Shown here: piece by piece, positions 49,001 to 56,439 of the stretch
Position numbering within the stretch: the stretch's first letter is position 1
Layout of the letters: each line of letters opens with the position of its first letter
DNA from: an uncultured Candidatus Saccharibacteria bacterium
Lineage (GTDB): Bacteria; Patescibacteriota; Minisyncoccia; Phycocordibacterales; Phycocordibacteraceae
Assembly (NCBI GenBank): GCA_964634305.1
Contig: CAZWLE010000001.1
Location: 78,120-142,119 of the forward strand
DNA: 64,000 bases
Reading direction: 5' to 3'
The notes under the pieces: model-generated
Database searches by the model: none
What the model saw: the letters and a program-made list of their open reading frames with translations, nothing else
Told to the model about the DNA's origin: nothing
Translations under genes and position numbers: made by a program

Positions 49001-49487
49001 CATTCGTATCACAAACGAAGGTAACGTCGATTACGAATACCAGTACGAGTGGTGTGTGGTATCTACGATTGGTAACGCCTGTGGTGGGGGAGACGACATC
49101 TACTACGCATCAGCTGCCAAACTCATTGAGACGGGACAAAACTTTGATACCACGCTCACCGCAACCGTACCGCTTACCGGTACCTACTACTTCAAGACGG
49201 TCGTCTATTTCGGTGCTGAATCGTCTGGCGCCTCACGTCAGTTCACTGCAACGGCTGGCAGCACCGGTGGTGGTGGAGGCGGTGGTGGAAGCGGTAGTTG
49301 TGATGACAACCGTGAAGACGCTGACCTTAACTGTGACGGCAAGGTAAATGCCATCGACTTCTCGATTCTTCTAGCGTTCTGGAAGACAGAGCCACCGTTC
49401 CGTAATCCGGGGGTTGACCTCAATAATGACGGCAAAGTGGATGCTATCGACTTCTCGATACTTCTCTACCGCTGGGAACGCAATTAA
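43065..49487 (+). CDS. Giant repetitive surface protein (2140 aa): RR-containing signal/anchor, ~1900 aa of Ala/Ser/Thr/Asn-rich tandem repeats, Gly-rich linker, C-terminal type-I dockerin
   Basis: GTG start after an AAAAGGGGGG tract. The N-terminus is ASRRHSV + LSALALVLFAVLAATAYA. Repeats carry VNANTN / WAAGTRTLTGFGTLAADVW motifs. The C-terminus has duplicated Ca-binding segments DLNCDGKVNAIDFSILL / DLNNDGKVDAIDFSILL. Confidence 0.8.
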   Translation: MGATIATASRRHSVHIPSFTTARITRLSALALVLFAVLAATAYAAYPQYLPNTSVTIGEFVYDDDFQATTTAGCTVSVYEPGGSLSVNAASMSADANSWYSYSFTPSGGTVGIWRTVMSCGSSGNGSLIRADKTFEITNNIVSSTSVAALVNTNTNTAIATASSSLSATLPGSIWAFSGRTLTSFGTLVSDIWANGTRTLTGFGTLASDVWGVATRTLTAATLSSGSLATLTDVQNASSSVVTLVNANTNTASSSIASVVNANTNAIVAVASSSLAAVINANTNASILTASTSLGTSIASVSTSITNIPTAVWASGTRTLTSFGTLASDVWTSGTRTLTGAGLTSGSLATQTDVQNASSSVVTLVNANTNTTVNTASSSLAAVINANTNLQVLTASSSLGASIAAVASSITNIPTNVWAAGTRTLTSYGTLAADVWTNGTRTLTGAGLSSGSLATQSDVQTASSSLGSAVSASTASVNANTNSIVGTASSSLAAIINANTNLQVLTASTSLGTSIASVASSITNIPTAVWAAGTRTLTGFGTLAADVWTNGTRTLTGAGLTSGSLATQTDVQNASSSVVTLVNANTNTTVGTASSSIASVVNANTNAQVLAASSSLGATLSTLSSSISNVPAAVWNIATSTLTTPGSIGRVLALNIDIPISSVSGGAGITVADIWAYGARTLTSAALTSGSLATQTDVQNASSSVVTLVNANTNTASSSIAAVVNGTIVTASSSLGSAISAGTASVNANTNATVLNASSSLATSISGIPAAVWAAGTRTLTSFGTLAADVWTNGTRTLTDAGLTSGSLATQSDVQTASSSLGAAVSAGTASVNANTNAVVGSASSSLASVINANTNLQVLTASTSLGTSIASVATSITNIPTAVWAAGTRTLTGFGTLASDVWAVGTRTLTGAGLSSGSLATQSDVQTASSSLGSAVAAGTASVNANTNSIVGTASSSIAAVVNANTNSVVAIASSSLAAVINANTNAAVLTASTSLGTSIASVATSITNIPTAVWASGTRSLTTFGTLASDVWAVGTRTLTGAGLSSGSLATLTDVQNASSSVVTLVNANTNTTVGTASSSLGSAVSAGTANVNATVATASSSLASIINANTNLQVLTASSSLGASIATVASSITNIPTNVWAAGTRTLTSYGTLAADVWTNGTRTLTGAGLSSGSLATQSDVLTASSSLGSAVSAGTASVNANTNSVVGTASSSIASIVNANTNTQVLTASTSLGASIASVASSITNIPTAVWAAGTRTLTGFGTLAADVWTNGTRTLTGAGLTSGSLATQTDVQNASSSVVTLVNANTNTTVGTASSSIASVVNANTNAQVLAASSSLGASLSALPTAIWGVATSTLNVPNSIGLVLATNIDRAISSVTGVGGGLSAADVWAYGTRTLTGASLTSGSLAVQSDVLTASSSLGSAITNSQTAINSNTDTTVGTASSSIAAVVNANTNSVVQAASSSLGISLSSLASAVAAVPVGVWANSTRSLTTFGTLASDVWGVGTRTLTGAGLSSGSLATQTDVQTASSSVAAVVNANTNAAISTASSSVASVVNANTNASVLTASTSLGTSIASVATSITNIPTAVWAAGTRTLTGFGTLAADVWTNGTRTLTGAGLSSGSLATQSDVQTASSSLGSAVTAGTASVNANTNSVVGTASSSVASVVNANTNATVLAASSSLGLSLSTISSSITGIPTAVWGVATSTLSTPGSIGRVLSENIDIPLSTISGGGGATAADIWAYGARTLTSAALTSGAIATQSDIQTASSSIAAVVNTNTFTTVSNASSSIAAVVNTNTVAAVQTASTSLGASISNIPNAVWSASTRTLTSFGTLVNDIWNFATRTLTTSTSATWSMSLSGSKNVLAGTAYRATVTLSNDGNLEDPLAAPTITIYDSNRAAVVTNAAMTHAGTGIYQYTLTTSGSASEGAWEALVTSNVESGKTLTSSEFFTLSTAPAQVLIQSMASTTVPNIAANIRITNEGNVDYEYQYEWCVVSTIGNACGGGDDIYYASAAKLIETGQNFDTTLTATVPLTGTYYFKTVVYFGAESSGASRQFTATAGSTGGGGGGGGSGSCDDNREDADLNCDGKVNAIDFSILLAFWKTEPPFRNPGVDLNNDGKVDAIDFSILLYRWERN
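43500..48600 (+). repeat. Intragenic tandem repeat array (unit ~110 aa / ~330 bp, higher-order period ~2175 bp) including ~290-bp identical copies at 44610-44899 and 46785-47074
   Basis: Checked by direct comparison of nucleotide lines. Other copies are ~80-90% identical. The many antisense track ORFs here are repeat artefacts. Confidence 0.8.
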
Positions 49488-49489
49488 CT

Positions 49490-50323
49490 ATGAGACCTTT
49501 CCTTATCGCTCTTCTGCTTCTTCTCATCGCGCCAAGCGCGCATGCTGCGCGTGTTGAAGTGACGCCGTCCGTAAGCGAAGCGGCACCAGGTCAATCATTC
49601 ACTCTTACGGTCGTCTTGTTTGCTGACGAGACCGCGGTGAACGTTGCCGAAGGAAGGATTCTTATTCCTGAAGGCGTCCATGTAGATGCGGCAAGTGTTG
49701 CCGGTGCTGCGTTTACGCTCTGGCCCTCTCCACCTTCTTACTCTCCCGTTGAAAACGCTGTCCTGTTCTCAGGAGGCGTCCCTGGCGGTATTGCAGGCAG
49801 AACATCAGGTACGCTATTTACGATACGCGCTCGTGCGGATGAAGCAGGTTCGTACGTGTTCTCACCACGCGCCGTCAACGCATATCTTGATGATGGAAAA
49901 GGTACGTTGGATTCCGTCACTACTTCGTCAGCCGTGGTGTCAGTGCATGAGGGCGCATCAGCACCAGCCGGTGTCGATCAAGCAAAGGAACCACTCTCTG
50001 CCGCGATTGGTAGTGACCCATCACTCTTTGACGGTAAATACTTTGTTGCCTTTTATGGTGGCGACCGAGGTAACGGCATCCTTCGCTACGAAGTGAAGGA
50101 AGGTGTCTTTGGTAGCTTTGTTGACGCTGGACGCTACTACGTACTCGAAGACCAATCGCTTGGGCGCCAGATTACGATTCGCGCGATAGACGCTGAGGGT
50201 GTCGCTGCAGAGAAGGTACTTGCCGCAGAACGTGGTATTCCTGCCTGGGTCTTCATCGCCGGTGCCATCTTCCTCGCCCTTGCTCTCTGGCGCCTCATCC
50301 GCCGCATGCGCAGCCGCGTATGA
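49490..50323 (+). CDS. Cohesin-like domain protein, Sec signal peptide, C-terminal TM anchor
   Basis: Signal is MRPFLIALLLLLIAPSAHA. The cohesin-like pattern is VEVTPSVSEAAPGQSFTLTVVL...NVAEGRILIPEGVHV. The C-terminus is WVFIAGAIFLALALW + RRMRSR. Confidence 0.55.
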   Translation: MRPFLIALLLLLIAPSAHAARVEVTPSVSEAAPGQSFTLTVVLFADETAVNVAEGRILIPEGVHVDAASVAGAAFTLWPSPPSYSPVENAVLFSGGVPGGIAGRTSGTLFTIRARADEAGSYVFSPRAVNAYLDDGKGTLDSVTTSSAVVSVHEGASAPAGVDQAKEPLSAAIGSDPSLFDGKYFVAFYGGDRGNGILRYEVKEGVFGSFVDAGRYYVLEDQSLGRQITIRAIDAEGVAAEKVLAAERGIPAWVFIAGAIFLALALWRLIRRMRSRV

Positions 50324-51783
50324 AAAAGCTCCTCGCACTCACCCTCGCACTCTTTCTTCTAGCGCCGTCAGCGTTTGCGGCGAGCATGAGCGTGCTGCCG
50401 GCAGGACGGAATGTTAATGCCGGTGACCTCGTGACTGCACGCGTCTCTATTAATACGAGCGGGGTAGCAATTAACCAAGCAGAAGCAACGCTTCGTTTTC
50501 CTACCGATGTTCTGGAAGTAGTCTCAGTGTCAAAGTCGTCGTCTATCTTCTCACTCTGGGTTGAAGAGCCAACCTATTCAAATACCGCAGGTACCGTTTC
50601 TTTTAATGGTGGTGTCCCAACCCCTGGCTACACCGGAAGCGACGGTGCGGTTGTCTCCGTCACTTTTCATGCAAAGACAGCAGGGACGGCGAGCCTTCTC
50701 CTGTCCGATGCAGCGGTGCGCGCAAACGACGGGCGAGGAACGGATGTTCTGTCCAGCTGGAGTGGGGCAACGATAACCGTAACCGCTGTCACTACGCCTG
50801 CGCCGCTTCCTGCTGCACCGACGCCGACGCCTAGCCCTACGCCGACCCCAACACCAGCTCCAATACCGTCTGACACCTCTGCAACCATTTCCTCGCTGAC
50901 GCACCCAAGTCAGGACATGTGGTATGCAAACGCGAATCCGACCGTACGCTGGAGCCTGCCACGTGGCGCCACCTCCGTACAAGTCATCGTTTCTTCTGAC
51001 CAAGATGCAGTCCCTACCGTCACCCACGCCGCATCGGTGACCGAACGAAAGATTGAGAATCTTGCAGACGGCACCTCGTACTTCAATCTTCGCTACCGCA
51101 CAGGTAGTACGTGGAGTGACCTGTATACCTTCCGTCTCAATATCGATACCGCACCACCAGAAGCGATGACGCACTCGTTTGTATATGACGAAGCATCACG
51201 TGAGCTCATGATTGCGCTTGCGGCAAGCGATGAGACGTCAGGTATCGCAAGCTACGAGCTCACGATTGACAAAGACGCTCCGGTATCACTTCGCGCTGAA
51301 GCGTTTGCGGAAGGTACCTACGGGTATCCGGTTGATGAACCAGGTCTCCACACCGTCTCACTCGCCATTATTGATAAAGCAGGGAATCGTCTCACGATAC
51401 CGGGCTCCTTCATGGTTCCGGTTTCCGTCCTCGACACGCCACTCGTCTCGTTCGGCTTCTTCAATATCACCTTGCTCGGCGCACTCCTCTTCATGGGCCT
51501 CATCTCCATACTTTCTCTCCTCGTTGCCGCTACTGCGCTCTGGCGTCCGCACCAGAAGCCAAAGAAAGCTGCATCTCCGGTAAAGGGTCGTGCGTCAAAA
51601 GAGATAGTCCGTCAGGCATTCGATATCTTGCGCCAAGACCTTGATACGAATGTAGGCGTAGCACAGAAGATACGAGACGGTAAGCCGCTCACCGCTGAAG
51701 ATGAGGCTGCGGGCCGCACCATGCGTAAAAACCTTGATGACTTCGAGCGTTACCTCAACGAGGAGGCAAACCTCTCCAAGTAG
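50320..51783 (+). CDS. Cohesin-like domain protein with Pro/Thr linker, Ig/FN3-like middle domains, C-terminal TM anchor and cytoplasmic tail
   Basis: Signal is MKKLLALTLALFLLAPSAFA. The cohesin-like N-domain is NVNAGDLVTARVSINTSGVAINQAEATLRFPTDVLEVVSV. A TPTPSPTPTPTP linker and a TM (LLGALLFMGLISILSLLVAATALW) follow. Confidence 0.55.
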   Translation: MKKLLALTLALFLLAPSAFAASMSVLPAGRNVNAGDLVTARVSINTSGVAINQAEATLRFPTDVLEVVSVSKSSSIFSLWVEEPTYSNTAGTVSFNGGVPTPGYTGSDGAVVSVTFHAKTAGTASLLLSDAAVRANDGRGTDVLSSWSGATITVTAVTTPAPLPAAPTPTPSPTPTPTPAPIPSDTSATISSLTHPSQDMWYANANPTVRWSLPRGATSVQVIVSSDQDAVPTVTHAASVTERKIENLADGTSYFNLRYRTGSTWSDLYTFRLNIDTAPPEAMTHSFVYDEASRELMIALAASDETSGIASYELTIDKDAPVSLRAEAFAEGTYGYPVDEPGLHTVSLAIIDKAGNRLTIPGSFMVPVSVLDTPLVSFGFFNITLLGALLFMGLISILSLLVAATALWRPHQKPKKAASPVKGRASKEIVRQAFDILRQDLDTNVGVAQKIRDGKPLTAEDEAAGRTMRKNLDDFERYLNEEANLSK

Positions 51784-51813
51784 GAGAGGGGGCGCGTGCT
51801 ATCATGCCCGCAC

Positions 51814-52968
51814 ATGAAGATAGTTTTCGCCGGCGGAGCCACAGGTGGTCACTTCTACCCCCTTATTGCAGTCGCTGAAGAGGTCCGCGCACTCGCACGC
51901 GAACGACAGCTTATTGAGCCGAAGCTCTACTATCTTGCGCCTACCACGTTTGATACAGAGGCACTCTTTGAGAACGAAATTACTTTTATCCCCTGTCCTG
52001 CAGGGAAGTGGCGTCGCTATTTCTCCCTCCAAAACTACACCGACCTTTTTGTAACCCTTGGCGGCTGCATTTCAGCCGTTATGACACTGTTCTCGATATA
52101 TCCGGATGTCGTCTTTAGTAAGGGAGGGTATGCATCAGTGCCCGTAGTGCTTGCGGCACGTCTTCTACGCATTCCGGTCATCATTCACGAATCAGATGTA
52201 GAGCCAGGACGTGCAAACCTTCTCGCTGCCTCATTTGCGTACCGTATTGCGGTGACTTTTGATAAAACGACGACGTACTTCCCAGAAAAAGTACGCGGAA
52301 AGGTCGCACGTACCGGTATTCCCATTCGCAGCGCGCTTCGTCATCCCGTAGCAGAAGGTGCGCGCGAAGAACTACGCCTCGACCCGAACGTTCCTACCAT
52401 TCTTATTTTGGGTGGGTCATCTGGCGCACAGAAGATTAACGAAGTAGTGCTTTCAGGTCTTTCCGAACTGGTTGATACCGCAAATATCATTCATCAAACG
52501 GGACGCGACCTCTATACCGGCGTCGCCGGTGCCGCAAAAGTGATTCTTGAGAAAAGCGCGAACGCTGGTCGCTATCACGCCTTCCCATACCTCAACTCAC
52601 TCTCTATGCGCCGCGCGTCTGGTGCTGCAGACCTTGTCGTATCCCGCGCTGGTATGACGGCAGTTGCCGAGATTTCTATCTGGGGTAAGCCAGCTATTCT
52701 CATTCCGATTCCCGAGTCGGTAAGCCATGACCAACGCACCAACGCATACGCATATGCGCACACGGGTGCGGCGAGTGTGCTCGAAGAGCAGAACCTCTCG
52801 CCACACGTCCTCGTGTCTGAAGCTCGTCGCATCCTTGGTGACGCAAATGTGCGCAGCGCCATGAGTGCCGCGAGCGCAACCTTCGCGAACGTTGAGGCTG
52901 GGAAGATTATTGCTGAAGAACTTATTGCGCTTGGTTTGTCCCACGAACCACAGGCAAAAAACTTCTAA
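51814..52968 (+). CDS. murG: UDP-N-acetylglucosamine--N-acetylmuramyl-(pentapeptide) pyrophosphoryl-undecaprenol N-acetylglucosamine transferase
   Basis: MKIVFAGGATGGHFYP is the G-loop, and the GT28 C-terminal domain is present. The start is set at Met7 of the track ORF. Confidence 0.85.
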   Translation: MKIVFAGGATGGHFYPLIAVAEEVRALARERQLIEPKLYYLAPTTFDTEALFENEITFIPCPAGKWRRYFSLQNYTDLFVTLGGCISAVMTLFSIYPDVVFSKGGYASVPVVLAARLLRIPVIIHESDVEPGRANLLAASFAYRIAVTFDKTTTYFPEKVRGKVARTGIPIRSALRHPVAEGAREELRLDPNVPTILILGGSSGAQKINEVVLSGLSELVDTANIIHQTGRDLYTGVAGAAKVILEKSANAGRYHAFPYLNSLSMRRASGAADLVVSRAGMTAVAEISIWGKPAILIPIPESVSHDQRTNAYAYAHTGAASVLEEQNLSPHVLVSEARRILGDANVRSAMSAASATFANVEAGKIIAEELIALGLSHEPQAKNF

Positions 52969-52969
52969 T

Positions 52970-53752
52970 ATGGCAAAGGAGAAATATCCGAAGAGCAGTG
53001 TATACCGACACAATCGAGACATGTTAGAGGAGCGCGCAAGAAATGCTACGGACGTATTTCGGGAAGGAAAGGCATGGATGTCGCATAAGGAACGTGCTGA
53101 GATGATTACTGACATGTTCGGTTCAGGGGTGCGTCCAGAAAAACTGAGTGATGACGAACTCAACGACATCATCGATTACGTTGAGTTCCTTTCGAAAAGA
53201 ACCGGGGCGGCAGCGCTACATTCCAAGAAGTTTCGTTCAGAAGTAGATGAGGGTTCAACACAAAACGCTCTGGAGAAATGGTCTCCTACAAGATCAGGCA
53301 TGATTGGCCATGACGCTATGCATGGTATGTGGGCCTGGCTTCGCTCAGGTGGACTGTCATTTGCACCAGGGTTTATCGACCAACCAGACGAGGAGGGAGA
53401 CAACATTGCATGGATGGAGGAACGCTACACAGAGCTTTTAAGTGATAACTTTTTTGACCTGCGCGAAGCATTCATGGCCGACGGCGTTGATGCTTCACCG
53501 GACCCTGTACGAAGAGCACTACTCATATGGGAAAACAGCTATGGTGAACCGGAGCGGTCAGCGTATATGACAGAACATCGGATGCCGGAATTAGTAGCTA
53601 TGGCACGTAATCTGTATGCCGAGATGAAAAAGCATGGGGATGGAAACATAGACCCGTATTTTGCGTTGCGAGAATTTCAGAGAACCATGAAGCCAGTCCT
53701 CGAACGTTTACGTCGTGCACGTAAGCGTGGTCAAGAGGCGGTCCTGGATTGA
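52970..53752 (+). CDS. Hypothetical protein, 'EKYPKS' family paralog A
   Basis: MAKEKYPKSSVYRHN... with GHDAMHGMWAWL. It is paralogous to 56440..57249. The start is at Met36 of the track ORF, just after the murG stop. Confidence 0.5.
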   Translation: MAKEKYPKSSVYRHNRDMLEERARNATDVFREGKAWMSHKERAEMITDMFGSGVRPEKLSDDELNDIIDYVEFLSKRTGAAALHSKKFRSEVDEGSTQNALEKWSPTRSGMIGHDAMHGMWAWLRSGGLSFAPGFIDQPDEEGDNIAWMEERYTELLSDNFFDLREAFMADGVDASPDPVRRALLIWENSYGEPERSAYMTEHRMPELVAMARNLYAEMKKHGDGNIDPYFALREFQRTMKPVLERLRRARKRGQEAVLD

Positions 53753-53779
53753 TAGCGACCGCTCCGGCATACTGTCTCT

Positions 53780-55096
53780 ATGTCCGTCGTTACCCGTATC
53801 CCGCCCTCGCCAACCGGCCGTTTCCATATTGGAACAGCGCGTACGGCACTCTTCAACTATCTATACGCCCGTAAAATGGGTGGAAAGTTCTTGTTCCGTA
53901 TTGAGGATACCGATAAGGAGCGCAGCACCAAGGAGCATGAACAGAACATCATCGACGGTCTTGCATGGCTTGGTCTTGAGCATGACGGTGAGATAGTGCG
54001 TCAGTCGGAGCGTGCAGAGCGCCACGCCGAGCTGCTTCGTAAACTCGTTGCTGAAGACAAGGCATACATATCAAAAGAGGCGAGTGCAAAGGTGGAAGGA
54101 GCAGAAGTAGAAGTGGTACGTCTTCGTAACATCGGTCGTTCTATAACCTTTAATGATGAAATTCGTGGCAACATTACGTTTGATACGACTGAACTCTCAG
54201 ATTTTGTTATTGGTCGCTCTATAGACGACCCGCTGTATCACTTTGCCGTTGTCGTCGATGACGCTGACATGGGTGTTACCCATGTCATTCGTGGGGAAGA
54301 CCATATTTCAAACACGCCACGCCAAATTCTTATTCAGGAAGCGCTTGGTCTCTCACGTCCTACCTACGCGCATCTTCCCCTTATTCTTGCGCCTGATCGC
54401 TCAAAGATGAGTAAGCGTCATGGCGCCGTTGCGCTCTCTGAATACAAAGAGCAAGGCTTTGTACCAGAAGGCATCATTAACTATCTCGCGCTCTTAGGCT
54501 GGGGACCGGGTGACGATAGAGAGGATTTCTCACTTTCTGAGCTCGTTGAAGCATTTGATTTATCGAATGTACACAAATCAGGCGCTGTATTCGACATGGT
54601 GAAGTTCAAGTCGGTTAATCATCGTTGGCTTCGCAAACTCTCTGATGAGGAGTATCTCTCACTCGGCGGCTTTGCAACCGATGAGACCACGCTCAAGGCA
54701 GTCCCTCTTATGAAGGACCGTGCGACGACCTTTGGTGAGGCACGAACCATGCTCGAAACGGAACTTGGATTCCTATTTGCAGCCCCAACGCCTGACCCTA
54801 CTATCCTCAAGGCTAAAGAGGGTCCACTGGGGGCAAAAGAGGCTCTGGAGGCCGTTCTTGGAGCTATAGAAGGCCTTCCGGAGGGCGTTTCTGCTGAGAA
54901 AGTGAAGGAAGTTCTCATGCCGCTTGCCGATGCTGAGGAGGCAAAAGGGAAGGGGGGACGAGGTGCAGTGCTTTGGCCTACTCGCTACGCTCTTTCAGGT
55001 CAGGAGCGGTCACCAGACCCCTTCACACTCGTCTCCATTCTCGGTGTCACTGAGAGCGCATCGCGTCTCAAAACCGCCCTTGCTATACTTTCCTAA
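53780..55096 (+). CDS. gltX: Glutamyl-tRNA synthetase (GluRS/GlxRS)
   Basis: PSPTGRFHIGTARTALFNY is the HIGH region and SKMSKRHG is the KMSKS region. 438 aa. Confidence 0.85.
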   Translation: MSVVTRIPPSPTGRFHIGTARTALFNYLYARKMGGKFLFRIEDTDKERSTKEHEQNIIDGLAWLGLEHDGEIVRQSERAERHAELLRKLVAEDKAYISKEASAKVEGAEVEVVRLRNIGRSITFNDEIRGNITFDTTELSDFVIGRSIDDPLYHFAVVVDDADMGVTHVIRGEDHISNTPRQILIQEALGLSRPTYAHLPLILAPDRSKMSKRHGAVALSEYKEQGFVPEGIINYLALLGWGPGDDREDFSLSELVEAFDLSNVHKSGAVFDMVKFKSVNHRWLRKLSDEEYLSLGGFATDETTLKAVPLMKDRATTFGEARTMLETELGFLFAAPTPDPTILKAKEGPLGAKEALEAVLGAIEGLPEGVSAEKVKEVLMPLADAEEAKGKGGRGAVLWPTRYALSGQERSPDPFTLVSILGVTESASRLKTALAILS

Positions 55097-56436
55097 TGCG
55101 GAATTACGTCCTTTCACTCTCATTCCTCCTTGTACTCCTTGCCTGTGTCTCGTTAGCGCCGATTGGTACGCGCGCTGATTCTGTTGATGATATTAAGCGT
55201 CAGATTGAGGAAATCAACCGTCAGCGAGCAGAACTAGACGAAGAAATTGCGGCGTATCAGCGGCAACTTGATGTGCTTGGGGGTCAGCGTCAGACGCTGC
55301 AGGGCGCCATTCAAACCCTCGACGTATCACGCAACAAGACTGCCGCGCAAATTAAAGATATTCAAAAGAAGATTGCAGGAGCGACCCTTAAGCTCTCAGA
55401 ACTTTCCATAGAGATAACGGACAAAGAGGCATCCATTGCGCTCGACCAAGCAGCCGTTGCTGCCTCACTCCGGGACGTTGATGCAGCCGATGACATTTCA
55501 CTCATTGAGCAACTTCTTTCCTCAGATGATATTGCTGACGCCTGGGAACGCATTGATCAACTGTCCGCACTTACAGAAGCGCTTGGCACTCATGCTGCCA
55601 TCCTTTCCGATGCAAAAGTCGTACTCCGCGGTCAACATGAAGCGGTGTCCTCCACTAAAAAAGACCTTTCGTCTGCAAACGTAGAGCTTGATAGTCAAAA
55701 GAAAGCGCTGGACGTACAAAAAGCAGAGAAGGCAACCCTTCTCTCGCAGACACAGTCAGCAGAGAGTCAGTACCAAGCGCTCATAGCTGAGAAACGCCGG
55801 CAACAAGCGCAGTTTGAATCTGAACTCTCACAGCTTGAAGATAGTCTCAACATTTCTATCGATTCCTCAATTATTGCGTCAGCCGGCTCAGGTGTGTTGC
55901 GCTGGCCATTCTCGGAGAATTTTATGCTGGGCTGTGAAGGGAAATTAGGCGCGCTCGGCAACCCTTTCTGTGTTACGCAGTACTTTGGCAACACCTCATT
56001 CTCGACCGCAAACCCCCAGATATATAACGGTTCAGGCCATAACGGCATCGATATAGGTGCACCAAGTGGCACACCCCTTCTTGCGGCACTTGGCGGCACC
56101 GTTATGGACACCGGTAATACTGATGCTGTTCCTGGTTGTTACTCTTTTGGTAAATGGGTACTTATTAAACACGCGAACGGTATCGCTACGCTCTATGCCC
56201 ATCTCTCCTCTATTCAAGCAACGCGTGGACAGGCCGTTTCAAGTGGTGATGTCATTGGGTACTCTGGTATGACTGGTTATGCGACCGGCCCTCATCTTCA
56301 CTTTGCCGTATATGCATCTCAAGGCGTGCAGGTCATGAGTCTTGCTGAGTACCGTGGTGCCACCTCTCCGTGTGCGACGGCAAAAATGCCGGTTGCACCA
56401 AAAGACGCATATCTTAATCCGATGTCGTATCTCTAA
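55096..56436 (+). CDS. M23 family peptidoglycan metalloendopeptidase with long N-terminal coiled coil (EnvC/LytM-like)
   Basis: Signal/TM, ~250 aa of coiled coil, then GHNGIDIGAPSGTPLLAALGGTV...HLHFAVY (HxxxD / HxH motifs). Confidence 0.8.
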   Translation: MRNYVLSLSFLLVLLACVSLAPIGTRADSVDDIKRQIEEINRQRAELDEEIAAYQRQLDVLGGQRQTLQGAIQTLDVSRNKTAAQIKDIQKKIAGATLKLSELSIEITDKEASIALDQAAVAASLRDVDAADDISLIEQLLSSDDIADAWERIDQLSALTEALGTHAAILSDAKVVLRGQHEAVSSTKKDLSSANVELDSQKKALDVQKAEKATLLSQTQSAESQYQALIAEKRRQQAQFESELSQLEDSLNISIDSSIIASAGSGVLRWPFSENFMLGCEGKLGALGNPFCVTQYFGNTSFSTANPQIYNGSGHNGIDIGAPSGTPLLAALGGTVMDTGNTDAVPGCYSFGKWVLIKHANGIATLYAHLSSIQATRGQAVSSGDVIGYSGMTGYATGPHLHFAVYASQGVQVMSLAEYRGATSPCATAKMPVAPKDAYLNPMSYL

Positions 56437-56439
56437 GAC

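Noticed and set aside
43065-49487. Many antisense and alternative-frame track ORFs (e.g. 43262..43759-, 43766..44341-, 44570..45460-, 46745..47269-, 47966..48694-, 48802..49347+) and the tandem repeats as a possible CRISPR array
   Set aside because: These ORFs are artefacts of the low-complexity, codon-biased repeats inside one long sense ORF. The repeats are ~330 bp coding units without unique spacers, so this is not a CRISPR array.
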